Position numbers and translations under genes: made by a program
Source: Klebsiella phage KPN8
Length of the DNA: 64,000 bases
Reading direction: 5' to 3' (one strand)
Sequence record: OP079919.1
The notes under the pieces: generated by a model
What the model saw: the letters and a program-made list of their open reading frames with translations, nothing else
What the model was told of the DNA's origin: nothing
Databases searched by the model: none
Shown: positions 10,211-18,429 of the stretch, in pieces
Numbering within the stretch: position 1 is the stretch's first letter
Layout: each line of letters starts with the position of its first letter

Positions 10211-10250
10211 TACCCCTACGGCGATTACGCCGTAGGGGTATAGTTTTTAT
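10211..10250 (+). terminator. Rho-independent terminator (TACCCCTACGGCG-atta-CGCCGTAGGGGTA + TTTTT)
   Basis: 13-bp perfect stem with 4-nt loop and a T-run. Ends the terL operon just before the convergent tmk gene. Confidence 0.6.
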
Positions 10251-10856
10251 TTAGTTTTTAATGTAATCCACTAACGCTTCAAAATCACCGTCGTAGAAAT
10301 ACGGTTTAATTTTGATTAAAGAACAAGCCGCAGACAGAGCATTTTCGTAACGATGAACGAATCGCTCAAAATACTCTCGGTTGAGAAGACGGGTTTCTTG
10401 ATCATCTAAAATCGATCTGGATCCCGCTCTTTGTAAAAACGTATCGTGATCGATTTTTACAAAGATAAGTTTATCGGGGTACATTTGGGTGCTGAATATT
10501 TTTAAAGCCTTTACGTTGCGTTCTATAACACTGTAAAGACCTATTCGACCATTACCCTGATAAACCGCAGTAGAAATGAAACAGCGATCGGAAATAACCG
10601 TCTTACCTTGGTTTAAAGCAGGAACAACAACTTTATCCCCTAACTCTATTCGCTGAGCAATAGCGAGATAAAGTTTTGCTTCTTCACAAATCCCATTATC
10701 GATAATGAGATTACGGATGGTTAACAAAGAGTCTGGAGACTTAGCCGGTTCCTCCACTTGAAGAACGTCGTAATTATCGGCCTTCAATCTCTCTGTTAAC
10801 TGTTTAGTTAAGGTTGACTTGCCCGCCAAGTCCATGCCTTCTAGAACAATGTACAT
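10251..10856 (-). CDS. tmk: thymidylate (dTMP) kinase
   Basis: N-terminal P-loop MYIVLEGMDLAGKSTL, comparable to E. coli Tmk YIVIEGLEGAGKTT. DRCFISTAVYQG resembles the Tmk DRY..S..AYQ motif. The size (201 aa) is typical. Confidence 0.7.
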   Translation of the reverse strand: MYIVLEGMDLAGKSTLTKQLTERLKADNYDVLQVEEPAKSPDSLLTIRNLIIDNGICEEAKLYLAIAQRIELGDKVVVPALNQGKTVISDRCFISTAVYQGNGRIGLYSVIERNVKALKIFSTQMYPDKLIFVKIDHDTFLQRAGSRSILDDQETRLLNREYFERFVHRYENALSAACSLIKIKPYFYDGDFEALVDYIKN

Positions 10857-10926
10857 AGTGAATTTCTCCTGTAGATTTCTATCACTATAACTTATTTATA
10901 ACCGTTTTATTTTAGGAACCAACATC

Positions 10927-11370
10927 ATGACCGAAGAAGAATTTAACGAGAAAGTAAAGGCTATTGCCGACGAACGGCAGATACCGGAAGTTTTCGCCGA
11001 ATACATCGTTATTAGAGAATTTCTTCAATCTGACTCGTCATTCAAAATCGCTGACCATTTAGTCCGCATAGAGGAGTACGAGTACCGTAATATCAAGATT
11101 CCGCCAGAAAGATATGTATTTCGCCCTAGTATTTATGCGGCGGTCTCTGAACCCGCGGCTAACAAAAAAATAATAGGTTTAAAATTATACATCTTTGATT
11201 ATTTCCATAATCTCAAACCGGGGTTAGTCTTTGCCTCTAACGAAGAGGAAGCGGTTAAACTTATCAAAGAACGCGGGGTAACCGGATTGCCAGACAGGTT
11301 TTATTCCACGGTTAAAGAAATAGAAATTCCTACTCACTCAACTTACGTTCGTTACGCTACCGGAGAATAA
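10927..11370 (+). CDS. hypothetical protein (147 aa)
   Basis: ORF with AGGAA RBS, divergent from tmk. Confidence 0.55.
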   Translation: MTEEEFNEKVKAIADERQIPEVFAEYIVIREFLQSDSSFKIADHLVRIEEYEYRNIKIPPERYVFRPSIYAAVSEPAANKKIIGLKLYIFDYFHNLKPGLVFASNEEEAVKLIKERGVTGLPDRFYSTVKEIEIPTHSTYVRYATGE

Positions 11371-11372
11371 AA

Positions 11373-12053
11373 ATGGAAAAGAAAAAAGAACCATCTTTAT
11401 CTGAATCAGACTTACCTAAAAATAAGCTAGAAACCCCATTTGATCTTGTCGACAACTATCAAGAAAATAAAAAGGGGATCGTTGTTATTGTCACGCCCAA
11501 TGAACAACTCCCTAAAGATGCTCAGGGTCGGACCCCTGACTTACGGTCGGACAGTTCTCCTGCTTTTAGAAGAGAAGATCTTTTTAAAGCAATGCAAGAC
11601 GTCGATCTGGAAGAAACATATCCGGGTACTCGTAAAACAAATCCTGAGTTATACCGGTCTTCGCCTTATCCAACTCCCGAAAACAAGAATATCTTAAACG
11701 AAGTAACAGGTGGGATGAAGCGAGGAGAACTGAACTACCTTTCTGCTGAAACTGACCCTGAAAAATCTATCTTCCATCCTAAAACTAATAGAGGATCGAG
11801 AACGTTATTGCGCGTTACCGATAAATGGTTCTTCTATCGCGTACATCAATTCCACGACGTTCATCACAAACGTCGTAAAGCGCGTTTCGATAAAATCACC
11901 TTCATGTTACTTCGACACAGTTGGGTCGAATACAAAGAATCGCTTCATAAGAAGAAATATCATATCTTCGATAAGACCCCTCGGGCCAAGGCTGAACGTT
12001 TAGCACTTAAACGTTCCAGAGAAAAGATTAAACCAACTTTGATGATTAGTTGA
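11373..12053 (+). CDS. hypothetical protein (226 aa) with acidic N-terminal half and strongly basic C-terminal half
   Basis: ORF with GGAG RBS. C-terminus is K/R-rich (HHKRRKARF...KRSREKIKP), which suggests nucleic-acid binding. Confidence 0.55.
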   Translation: MEKKKEPSLSESDLPKNKLETPFDLVDNYQENKKGIVVIVTPNEQLPKDAQGRTPDLRSDSSPAFRREDLFKAMQDVDLEETYPGTRKTNPELYRSSPYPTPENKNILNEVTGGMKRGELNYLSAETDPEKSIFHPKTNRGSRTLLRVTDKWFFYRVHQFHDVHHKRRKARFDKITFMLLRHSWVEYKESLHKKKYHIFDKTPRAKAERLALKRSREKIKPTLMIS

Positions 12054-12361
12054 GGTTAGGCGTGGAGATTCCATTAGTAAGTTCAGGGGTTGGGATGCAC
12101 GATAGGTATTACGAGATAATCAGATATGGTTTTAACGAGTGTTTAAACGGATTGGATGACGAAAACAACCAAGCCAGTTACAAAGATTATCATGGTAATA
12201 CCTTTACGGCATGTCGGCTAAAACCTAATGATGGGTCTGTTCCTATTTATTCTTTCCGGGTAGGAGAACGAACCCTATTAACAGGTGTAACTGATCCAAG
12301 AGCGGTGGACTTAACGGAATACCGTAACCTTTTTAGGTTCATTAAAATCAAAGGCTATTAG
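12050..12361 (+). CDS. hypothetical protein (start uncertain: TTG 12050, GTG 12059 or ATG 12095)
   Basis: The ORF overlaps the upstream stop, and there is a GAGG 5 nt upstream of GTG 12059. Confidence 0.4.
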   Translation: MRLGVEIPLVSSGVGMHDRYYEIIRYGFNECLNGLDDENNQASYKDYHGNTFTACRLKPNDGSVPIYSFRVGERTLLTGVTDPRAVDLTEYRNLFRFIKIKGY

Positions 12362-12363
12362 CT

Positions 12364-12795
12364 ATGACTGCAAAAACGGTTTATAAGTCGGGTTATCTCC
12401 CTATTCAACTCGAAGGTTGTTCTAAAGAACAACTTATCGATATCAACAACCAGCTTTTTAACAGGCTTAAAGAGCTCCGTAAAAACTACATCCCTGGTGA
12501 TTACGAAATCACTCTCATCACCGACATTCTGAAAGGCAAAGAACCCAAAAAGAATAGTTTCTTTTACAGTCTGACCTGCGTCAGGGATAACAGCTTGTTA
12601 GACCCCCCCATTTCAGAACTTAAAATCAAATTAAATTCTGTGGCAATTTTCCCTTACTCTTGGGTTATCAGGGGTCATAAGGCCAGAAACGATAAAGATC
12701 CCGAAATTAAAAGATTGAAGAAACACCTCTTTCGGATTTATAAACACAATCTTCATAAGCGGTCTAAATTCCATAAATTAAGGAAAGGTCAATGA
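12364..12795 (+). CDS. hypothetical protein (143 aa), basic C-terminus
   Basis: ORF immediately after the 12050..12361 stop. C-terminal KKHLFRIYKHNLHKRSKFHKLRK. Confidence 0.55.
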   Translation: MTAKTVYKSGYLPIQLEGCSKEQLIDINNQLFNRLKELRKNYIPGDYEITLITDILKGKEPKKNSFFYSLTCVRDNSLLDPPISELKIKLNSVAIFPYSWVIRGHKARNDKDPEIKRLKKHLFRIYKHNLHKRSKFHKLRKGQ

Positions 12796-13118
12796 GATCT
12801 TTTACACAACCCTTTACGATACATCGATACCCTAGTGTCGATAAGTTCATAAGGGAACCCGGAAACAAATCTCTGCTGTTATTGAGTTTCTTCAACTTAG
12901 AGATCAAAATCAAGAACGCAGAGCTTAGGGGCCGTTAACAATCCATTTCCAGGAGATGTGTTCTTTACTGAGGAAGTTGGTAACGATAAAATTCTCTTAG
13001 TTGTCCGGGTTAACCTCGGTACCGGGGAACGTTACTACCAACTCAATAATCTGGAATGGGTTGTTTGCACTAACTCTCTCACCGTGAGAGAACTCACTTT
13101 ACTTTTAGGATAATCATT

Positions 13119-13625
13119 ATGAACAATATTAAAGTTATCGGTCAAACAGAACAACGCGTCATCGACAAAGCACGCGCCTACAATAACCTCGTCAATGAAA
13201 CCGATTTCGGAGACGGTAAAATCAAAACGGTTCACGAAGCTATCGTTCAACGCCTGCTCTGTGAAGCAGAGCAGCTCGGTTTAGATATCGATCAAGAGCC
13301 GTTTGCTTCTCTGGGGAATCGCCAATTCACATTCTACCGCGTCCCGGAAGATGCTCATCTCATTCCATGGCACAATCATGTTTTCAACATCTGTCAAGTG
13401 GAAGACAAACTTCAGGCACGTGACGCTAAAATCGTCGCGATGACATTGAACGGGTTTGACTACCAGATCGAGGTTGATTCGGAACGAGGAACTCGTACCT
13501 ACTACCTTAACGGTCAACGTATTTGTGATTGCACCGGTACTCCGACGTTGCAAGATTTCAAAGATCTCTTCTCGGAAGAACGTCGTCGTTATTATCAGCA
13601 GTTAGAGAAGGCCCTACAGGGTTAG
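13119..13625 (+). CDS. hypothetical protein (168 aa)
   Basis: ORF with AGGA RBS. No motif recognised. Confidence 0.55.
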   Translation: MNNIKVIGQTEQRVIDKARAYNNLVNETDFGDGKIKTVHEAIVQRLLCEAEQLGLDIDQEPFASLGNRQFTFYRVPEDAHLIPWHNHVFNICQVEDKLQARDAKIVAMTLNGFDYQIEVDSERGTRTYYLNGQRICDCTGTPTLQDFKDLFSEERRRYYQQLEKALQG

Positions 13626-13633
13626 GAGCGAAC

Positions 13634-14125
13634 ATGGATAAGAAAGGCCAAGGTTCTCTTTACGGCAAAATTATTTGTACCGGTTTCAATATCGATAAAA
13701 CTACAGAAGAAGGGTTTGATCTCCTCAGTCTCGTATGGGGAAGAACACCCGGTGAACTTTCGAACTCTGAAATACCTGGGGTGTATTTAGAGCCATTCTC
13801 GCTCAAAGTAGAGAGAGTGGAGCTGAAGATGGCCGAAGAAATATTCGGTGCCGGATGTACGGTAAACTATTCGGGTATAGCGGAAGATCACAAAAGCCAC
13901 GTTTATCATGTCCGAGCGGAGACCTATGGAAGGGGACACTGTCACTTCGGATTAATTTATAATCACGAAACTGAGAAACTCCATTTCATTGAACGCGGTG
14001 ATATTGACATCAAAGAAAGTGAGGGGCTTCAACACGCAACTATTGAAAAACTCATACTTTCTTACGACGTGGTAAAATTCGAAGGTAGTCCGCAAGAATA
14101 TATCGAGTTTATGAAAACTCGTTAA
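13634..14125 (+). CDS. hypothetical protein (163 aa; ATG 13634 preferred over the overlapping 13529 start)
   Basis: AGGAG RBS 7 nt upstream of ATG 13634, which avoids the 97-nt overlap with the upstream gene. Confidence 0.55.
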   Translation: MDKKGQGSLYGKIICTGFNIDKTTEEGFDLLSLVWGRTPGELSNSEIPGVYLEPFSLKVERVELKMAEEIFGAGCTVNYSGIAEDHKSHVYHVRAETYGRGHCHFGLIYNHETEKLHFIERGDIDIKESEGLQHATIEKLILSYDVVKFEGSPQEYIEFMKTR

Positions 14126-14133
14126 AACCAACT

Positions 14134-14181
14134 ATACTCTCCTCCCCTTATCGGGGAGGAGAGTATAACTTATTTTTTTTT
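14134..14181 (+). terminator. Rho-independent terminator (TATACTCTCCTCCCC-ttatc-GGGGAGGAGAGTATA + T9)
   Basis: 15-bp perfect stem and a 9-nt T-run, located between convergent genes. Confidence 0.6.
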
Positions 14182-14182
14182 C

Positions 14183-15673
14183 TTACTTGTACGCGTCTTT
14201 AGTCAGCGTTCGTAAAACGATATACAACATCAGACTCGTTCTTAATGAACTTACTGTAATTCGGGTTTTTATCCCCGTCAGTTGTCTGACAATGTCATCG
14301 CCTTCATCTCGCATCTTAAAGACACTTTGGTTTTGGCTACGGCTACTGAGATACGCACCCCGCATTCGACGTAAGACTTCTCTCAGGTCGTTAGCCCGAA
14401 TACCGTTTTCCGTTAAGTATTCGAACAGGTGGGTAGTAACTTCATCGACGAACTCTTTGTATTTAGTTCCCTTTGGCGAGTTATACTGATCGGGGAATAC
14501 CCGGATAATTCGCTCCAGTTTATCCCTGGGAGAGTTGTCAATGGCTTCCGCAGCGTAACCTACCAGCTCGTCCTTGTAAAATCCAGCAGAAGAACTGAGG
14601 ACATTTTGGATGTAGTTTTTATACTGAGTTACGTTCTTCGTCACCTCTCGTACGCTTACTCCGTCTTCCAGCGTGACCATCCCACCGTCCAATCTGACGA
14701 TATTGGTTTTCGATTTCACTTCATGGAAAACTTTGTTAATGTCGTTGATCACGCCTCTGAGTCGATCCTGGATATCACCGACCATGTAAATGATTTTCTT
14801 GTCATCATCCATGGTGGTAAACGTTTTATAATGGATCCCCGTTTTGGGATCTAAAATAAACTCAGCCCTGGCTCGGATTAACGCCATCCAACTACCGTAA
14901 CGTTTGATGTCATAACGCATGCTTAAACGGTTATAAGTTTCCATAGCGATCTCTTTCTTCGCCAGGTATTTATAATCGTTCGCCATAATACTCGTCAAAC
15001 ATTTGTAATGGTACATCGCTAAGATGTTAACCATCGCATTGTGTTTAACGCGGTCATGGAGATCGCTATGAAACGTCCGGTACAGCAGGTAAACGATGCT
15101 TAGGTTGAACACGTCACCGGTGACTTTCCAGGTCGCATTGATCAGTTTACAGGCGTGGAGGTTTTCTCGTAACTCTTCTTCGTCGACATCGAAGATTTCA
15201 GCGAACCAGCGGTTTCTGTCTTCTGATGTGAAAACGATTCGGTGGATACCTAAATAGGGATTACCAAAGAATTCCACGTACTGTTCGTTCTTGGTGGTAA
15301 ACCCAATGACGTACCGGGTCAGTCTATCGGCCCAACGGTTATCGATTTCTAAATCGTGTCCGAATGCGTTAAACACACCGAGTATCGCGTGATCGGTATT
15401 GAAATTGTAATTGGGTAGCAGAGCTTCAAAACCAGATATCCCAAATGTTTTTTGAAGGAGTTTCTCGATTCCCTTGTCGGGGGTAATCTCCTCGAACATT
15501 TTGACTTCGGGTTCGGTGTCGTACATCCCGTCTTCGACCAACATCGGATCTCCGCTTAAAATCCCGCTGGGATCAAATACCGGTAATCCAGAAAGCTTAT
15601 CGAACCATTGACGGTCGTCATTCTGAAAATAACTTTCAGAACCGTTGAGACGATCTGCGTATTGATTAAACAT
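14183..15673 (-). CDS. hypothetical protein (496 aa)
   Basis: Long minus-strand ORF. The + strand ORFs inside it (14187..14854) are short overlapping shadows. Confidence 0.6.
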   Translation of the reverse strand: MFNQYADRLNGSESYFQNDDRQWFDKLSGLPVFDPSGILSGDPMLVEDGMYDTEPEVKMFEEITPDKGIEKLLQKTFGISGFEALLPNYNFNTDHAILGVFNAFGHDLEIDNRWADRLTRYVIGFTTKNEQYVEFFGNPYLGIHRIVFTSEDRNRWFAEIFDVDEEELRENLHACKLINATWKVTGDVFNLSIVYLLYRTFHSDLHDRVKHNAMVNILAMYHYKCLTSIMANDYKYLAKKEIAMETYNRLSMRYDIKRYGSWMALIRARAEFILDPKTGIHYKTFTTMDDDKKIIYMVGDIQDRLRGVINDINKVFHEVKSKTNIVRLDGGMVTLEDGVSVREVTKNVTQYKNYIQNVLSSSAGFYKDELVGYAAEAIDNSPRDKLERIIRVFPDQYNSPKGTKYKEFVDEVTTHLFEYLTENGIRANDLREVLRRMRGAYLSSRSQNQSVFKMRDEGDDIVRQLTGIKTRITVSSLRTSLMLYIVLRTLTKDAYK

Positions 15674-15681
15674 ATCGTCTC

Positions 15682-16542
15682 CTAGATCCGACTTGGGACA
15701 GCGTTTCTGATGGCGTTGTATCTCCGATCCGGGTCAGAATACGTCATGAGTTTTATCCAGCGAGTTTTAAACAATTCCTCGTACTGGTTAAGACTATCAC
15801 GGTACTCACTGATATCGTCACGGATAATATCAACCTGGACCCCAGAGCGGGCTACTCCTTCGTCGACTTTGTACCGAACTGTTTTCCAGATGTAGTTCTT
15901 GGTCATCAGGATAACTAAGTCGCCAAATACGTCGTAGGCTCTCGGATGTATCGTAGATAACCCATCGTCATAACTCAGGATAAGTTTACCTGTCAGGGAG
16001 AATACCCCACTCGGCGCGCCATGGATCACAAACGAGTTATTCCCGACGAGAGTTATATTCGTGAACGTCTGGGGGATTTCTCGGTTGGGTAACATCCCGT
16101 TGATCATGGAGTTCAATGCATCGTTGACAGTACCTACCCCGCATGAGTCAGCATTGCCAAGTACGCTCATGATTCCACTGGAGGAATTCATCGCCCCCTG
16201 GTAAACTTCCACAACCGAAATAATTTTCCGACCGCCCGTCAAGAAATCAGGGACGTTAACCAGCTGCATCCCTTGGCCGAGATGTTCAATCCGAGATCCG
16301 GTTAAATCAATCAGCTCTGTCACCCCACCCTGGACGTTGCACCGGGGTAGGATGATCGCATGTATAATTTTTTCTCGAATGCCTTGCTGAACGGTGGTCT
16401 GCGCGTACTGGTTATACCAGTTCCCGGTCAGATTCCCGTTAGGGTTCGAGAACGCAAGCTCCAACAGGTACTCGGGGATATCACTCCCGTTGAGAACTTT
16501 GTTGATCGCGTAGTCCACGCAGTTCATAATCAACTCCCACAC
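15682..16542 (-). CDS. hypothetical protein (286 aa)
   Basis: Minus-strand ORF co-oriented with 14183..15673, with an 8-nt gap between them. Confidence 0.6.
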   Translation of the reverse strand: MWELIMNCVDYAINKVLNGSDIPEYLLELAFSNPNGNLTGNWYNQYAQTTVQQGIREKIIHAIILPRCNVQGGVTELIDLTGSRIEHLGQGMQLVNVPDFLTGGRKIISVVEVYQGAMNSSSGIMSVLGNADSCGVGTVNDALNSMINGMLPNREIPQTFTNITLVGNNSFVIHGAPSGVFSLTGKLILSYDDGLSTIHPRAYDVFGDLVILMTKNYIWKTVRYKVDEGVARSGVQVDIIRDDISEYRDSLNQYEELFKTRWIKLMTYSDPDRRYNAIRNAVPSRI

Positions 16543-16729
16543 TGAGTTTCGGGACTGGAGAAATTTCCGTCTCGATAAAAATTCAACTGAGAATTTTTAC
16601 TCTGGGGTTTTCGGCGGTTATAATATTTCACTGCGGGAATTTAAAAACTCAACGGGTTTACGATCCCGTATGTTTTTGAGTTTTATTTCCCGTATAAAAT
16701 ACTCCGTGCCGTAAGACAACACCCCACAG

Positions 16730-16767
16730 AAAAAACCTCGCCTTCGGAAAAATTCCTCGAAGGCGAG
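16730..16767 (-). terminator. intrinsic terminator on the minus strand (CTCGCCTTCG / CGAAGGCGAG stem followed by UUUUUU on the reverse strand)
   Basis: 10-bp perfect stem with about a 10-nt loop. The plus-strand AAAAAA at 16730-16735 becomes a U-run 3' of the hairpin on the minus strand. It lies about 190 nt upstream of the 16542(-) start codon. Confidence 0.45.
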
Positions 16768-16925
16768 TTGCCATGATCTCACTCGAGCAAGAATCAATCC
16801 GACATACAATCCCAAACGGTCCGAAATTTTTTCTTCGGAATTTTGGTCATTGGTAAATTTTTACATACAAATCTATTTTATATTTGTATTTTTCGCGTGC
16901 GCGGATATTCCAAATTTTCAAAGAT

Positions 16926-17018
16926 AATCTAAAACCGATTCCAATTCTGGGTTTTTATTTTTCTGTGTTTTGATTTTCCAAATCCAATTTTCAAAAATCT
17001 AAATCTAAAAAATCTAAA
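16926..17018. repeat. iteron-like direct repeats AATCTAAA(A) x4 in AT-rich DNA
   Basis: Copies at 16926, 16996, 17002 and 17011, the last three nearly tandem (AAAAATCTAAATCTAAAAAATCTAAAAAA). Confidence 0.5.
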
Positions 17019-17056
17019 AAATTTAATACTCAAAAATCAATTTTTCCTAGGGGTCC

Positions 17057-17090
17057 TTATTACGCGTGCGTACGCCCGCACGCGTATAAA
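17057..17090. repeat. GC-rich inverted repeat TTATTACGCGTGCG-tacgcc-CGCACGCGTATAA (14-bp arms) embedded in AT-rich DNA
   Basis: Perfect 14-bp arms. Mostly alternating purine-pyrimidine (CGCGTGCG), so it has Z-DNA and cruciform potential. Confidence 0.5.
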
Positions 17091-17240
17091 AAACAAATAT
17101 AATACTACGTATTATATTTTCCTTTGGTTTTATATTTTTAATTTATTAAAAATATATTAATATAAATTATTATATTTTTTATTAGTTTGTTTTTATAAAA
17201 AATATATAAATATATATTTATATATATTTATATTCATTAG

Positions 17241-17280
17241 GCGCGCGCCAGCGTGCGTGTGTGTACGTGCGCGCACGCGT
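17241..17280. repeat. 40-nt GC-rich alternating purine-pyrimidine tract GCGCGCGCCAGCGTGCGTGTGTGTACGTGCGCGCACGCGT, flanked by (TA)n-like AT repeats
   Basis: Contains inverted repeat GCGTGCG/CGCACGC and self-complementary GCGCGCGC. Immediately follows the ATATATTTATATATATTTATAT low-complexity stretch. Confidence 0.5.
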
Positions 17281-17685
17281 AATAGAGAAGGGATGATAAA
17301 AATACAGGATTTAATCTGAGAAATTATCCAGAAAAAATCACACAGAGTAAAAAAATATTAACCGGAACGATTTTGAGAAGATTTAATACCCAACCTAGGA
17401 ATTCGTATCAGTCGGATGAAAAAGGGTTTTAGAAATCGATACAGGAAGTTTTAGAGGGTATTCCGATCGAGTTCTCAGGAAAGAATTATTCAGATTAAAA
17501 TATTTTAATCAGGGTAATTAATTTTTACAGTGAATTAAATTTATCGAGACGAGAAGATTTAATCGCAAAGTAATATCTTACGGAGAGTATAATCTTCTGA
17601 ACAGGACCGAGATCTCGAATAGCCAGATGGAAATTATCCATCCGTTCGAAAGTTAACCTGAAATATCCCTAAGAGGCCAAATCCT

Positions 17686-18420
17686 ATGCAACCAGCTAAC
17701 CCATGGAAAAACAACAAACACGTTAAATCACAAGATAACACCACCGCAGACCGGTACGAATCTCTTCTGCGTGAATTACCTGATGCGCTCAATGCGACTC
17801 CCAGAGACCCAGGTTACTTGATCGCTACCAAAAAGATTTTATTAGTACTGGAAATTCTCGAAGGAACTCGATTGTCAGTTCGTGACGTGATGGAAAACGA
17901 GAACCTGATTCGTAAAGTTCACGAGTTACTGGTGGAGTTGGGTTGGAAGCAAGCGATTAGCCGAGGGACTCAGGTTTTTGTTACTCACCAGGATTTAATT
18001 AAACCGGGTGTTTACCGATTGATTGATCTCGATGAAACCGCGATGGGTTACACCAAAGAGATCATGGATCATATTTTATTAGACCGTCGGTTCAGTGTTC
18101 GGGTGGACGGTAACGATATCCGGATTCTTCCTGGAGACCGTAGTGCGAGTAATCCGTTTAGTCTGCTGTCTGCTAACGTAGTAAGTAGCTGGCGTAAGGC
18201 GATACGGGAATACGATAAAACTGTTACCAGTAATCTTATTGGACATCTGACGGTTATCGGCGAAGATACGATGAGTTGCCCGCTCGATTTAAAACTCATC
18301 TTCGCCCTGCTGGATTACCTCGGCTGGCCGGAAATGTATTTAACCGGCGAACAGATCTTATTGAGTAACCCCATGGGTGATTATCAAACCCTCGAGGTGA
18401 ATTTTATCGATCCTGAGTAA
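17686..18420 (+). CDS. hypothetical protein (244 aa)
   Basis: First + strand ORF after the 1.1 kb intergenic region. AGAGG RBS-like sequence upstream. Confidence 0.55.
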   Translation: MQPANPWKNNKHVKSQDNTTADRYESLLRELPDALNATPRDPGYLIATKKILLVLEILEGTRLSVRDVMENENLIRKVHELLVELGWKQAISRGTQVFVTHQDLIKPGVYRLIDLDETAMGYTKEIMDHILLDRRFSVRVDGNDIRILPGDRSASNPFSLLSANVVSSWRKAIREYDKTVTSNLIGHLTVIGEDTMSCPLDLKLIFALLDYLGWPEMYLTGEQILLSNPMGDYQTLEVNFIDPE

Positions 18421-18429
18421 TTCTCAACT

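Noticed and set aside
13035-13250. 71-aa minus-strand ORF overlapping the start of the 13119 gene
   Set aside because: It is antisense to a well-supported + strand gene start and has no RBS. Likely spurious.
16926-17040. Short direct repeats considered as a CRISPR array
   Set aside because: Repeat units are only 8-9 nt with spacers of 0-60 nt and no cas genes. They look like iterons or low-complexity AT-rich DNA, not CRISPR.
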